From: Wolbachia endosymbiont of Drosophila innubila
Lineage (GTDB): Bacteria > Pseudomonadota > Alphaproteobacteria > Rickettsiales > Anaplasmataceae
Direction: 5' to 3'
DNA: 32,000 nucleotides
NCBI RefSeq assembly: GCF_021378375.1
Contig: NZ_CP076228.1
Span: 210,001 to 242,000, forward strand
Every line of letters starts with the position of its first letter. Within the stretch, counting starts at the first letter, position 1. The translations under genes were made by a program, and so were the position numbers. Below are positions 31,524 through 32,000 of the stretch, piece by piece. The notes beneath the pieces were generated by a model. The model was not told where the DNA came from. It saw nothing but the letters and a program-made list of their open reading frames with translations, and searched no databases.

Positions 31524-32000
31524 ATGCAGGGAGGCTTTGTGGTGGGCGAAAGATTTAAATTCACATATCTATTGGTTTTGCTAACTTTTTCATTTAGGTG
31601 CTTATCTTACGATGATAAAATAAATAACTTAGAGAATGTTTACATCAAAGCTAACTATTTTGGAGCATTCTTCAATGCAATAGGTTCTCTAGAAGGAAAA
31701 GAAGATGCAGGTGACAATATAACAGAGGGGGTTTTTAGTTTTAATAAGAAGGAGCGAATTGAAGCTGGATACAGTCCTAAATATGTTCCAGAGTTTGCCG
31801 GTAGTGCTGCAATAGGGTATTTATTCAAAAATATGAGAGTTGAGTTTGAAGGCTTATATTCTCAGACTAACTTATATGATGAAGATTATTCAGATAAGAA
31901 AAAAGCAAGATATATTGAACTTCGTCGTCACAATGATGCGTCTACTGGAGCGGAATGCAATTCACCTTGGAGAAGTGGAAAGGTTGATATTCACATTCAA
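31524..32000 (+). CDS. Surface antigen / P44-Msp2-like outer membrane protein, N-terminal part; truncated by right window edge
   Basis: Open frame VGERFKFTYLLVLLTFSFRCLSYDDKINNLENVYIKANYFGAFFNAIG...SPKYVPEFAGSAAIGYLFKNMRVEFEGLYSQTNLY. Not in the ORF track because it runs off the window. Start could also be GTG 31539 or 31542. Confidence 0.75.
   Translation, partial: MQGGFVVGERFKFTYLLVLLTFSFRCLSYDDKINNLENVYIKANYFGAFFNAIGSLEGKEDAGDNITEGVFSFNKKERIEAGYSPKYVPEFAGSAAIGYLFKNMRVEFEGLYSQTNLYDEDYSDKKKARYIELRRHNDASTGAECNSPWRSGKVDIHIQ

Overview
This window looks like a chromosomal segment from an alphaproteobacterial endosymbiont, most likely Wolbachia. That is inferred from AT-richness, gene content (P44/Msp2-type surface proteins, ankyrin genes) and protein-coding palindromic repeats. 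Recognisable housekeeping genes are clpB (cut by the left edge), typA/bipA, pyrE, a DAACS-type symporter, pyrC, ccmF, gatA, mtaB, rlpA, murC-eno-obgE, fumC and grxD-bolA. There are also two outer-membrane/surface proteins, an orphan secretin-like lipoprotein and an ankyrin gene split by a homopolymer frameshift. The accessory or decaying parts are: (i) a truncated Rpn/PD-(D/E)XK nuclease gene that abruptly joins what looks like the 5' part of a group II intron; (ii) an IS5-like element with matching terminal inverted repeats and a TAA target duplication, sitting in frame inside a ~413-aa hypothetical gene; (iii) a second group II intron (recognisable domain V, reverse transcriptase broken by two frameshifts) inserted near the 3' end of a hydrophilic gene that encodes basic NLS-like motifs; (iv) palindromic repeats, including copies carried in frame inside ccmF and murC; and (v) a ~81-83-bp tandem array of another palindromic repeat upstream of the ankyrin gene. 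I found no convincing new multi-gene defence or toxin system. The best lead for something undescribed is the intron-interrupted, NLS-like protein at 13437-14387.
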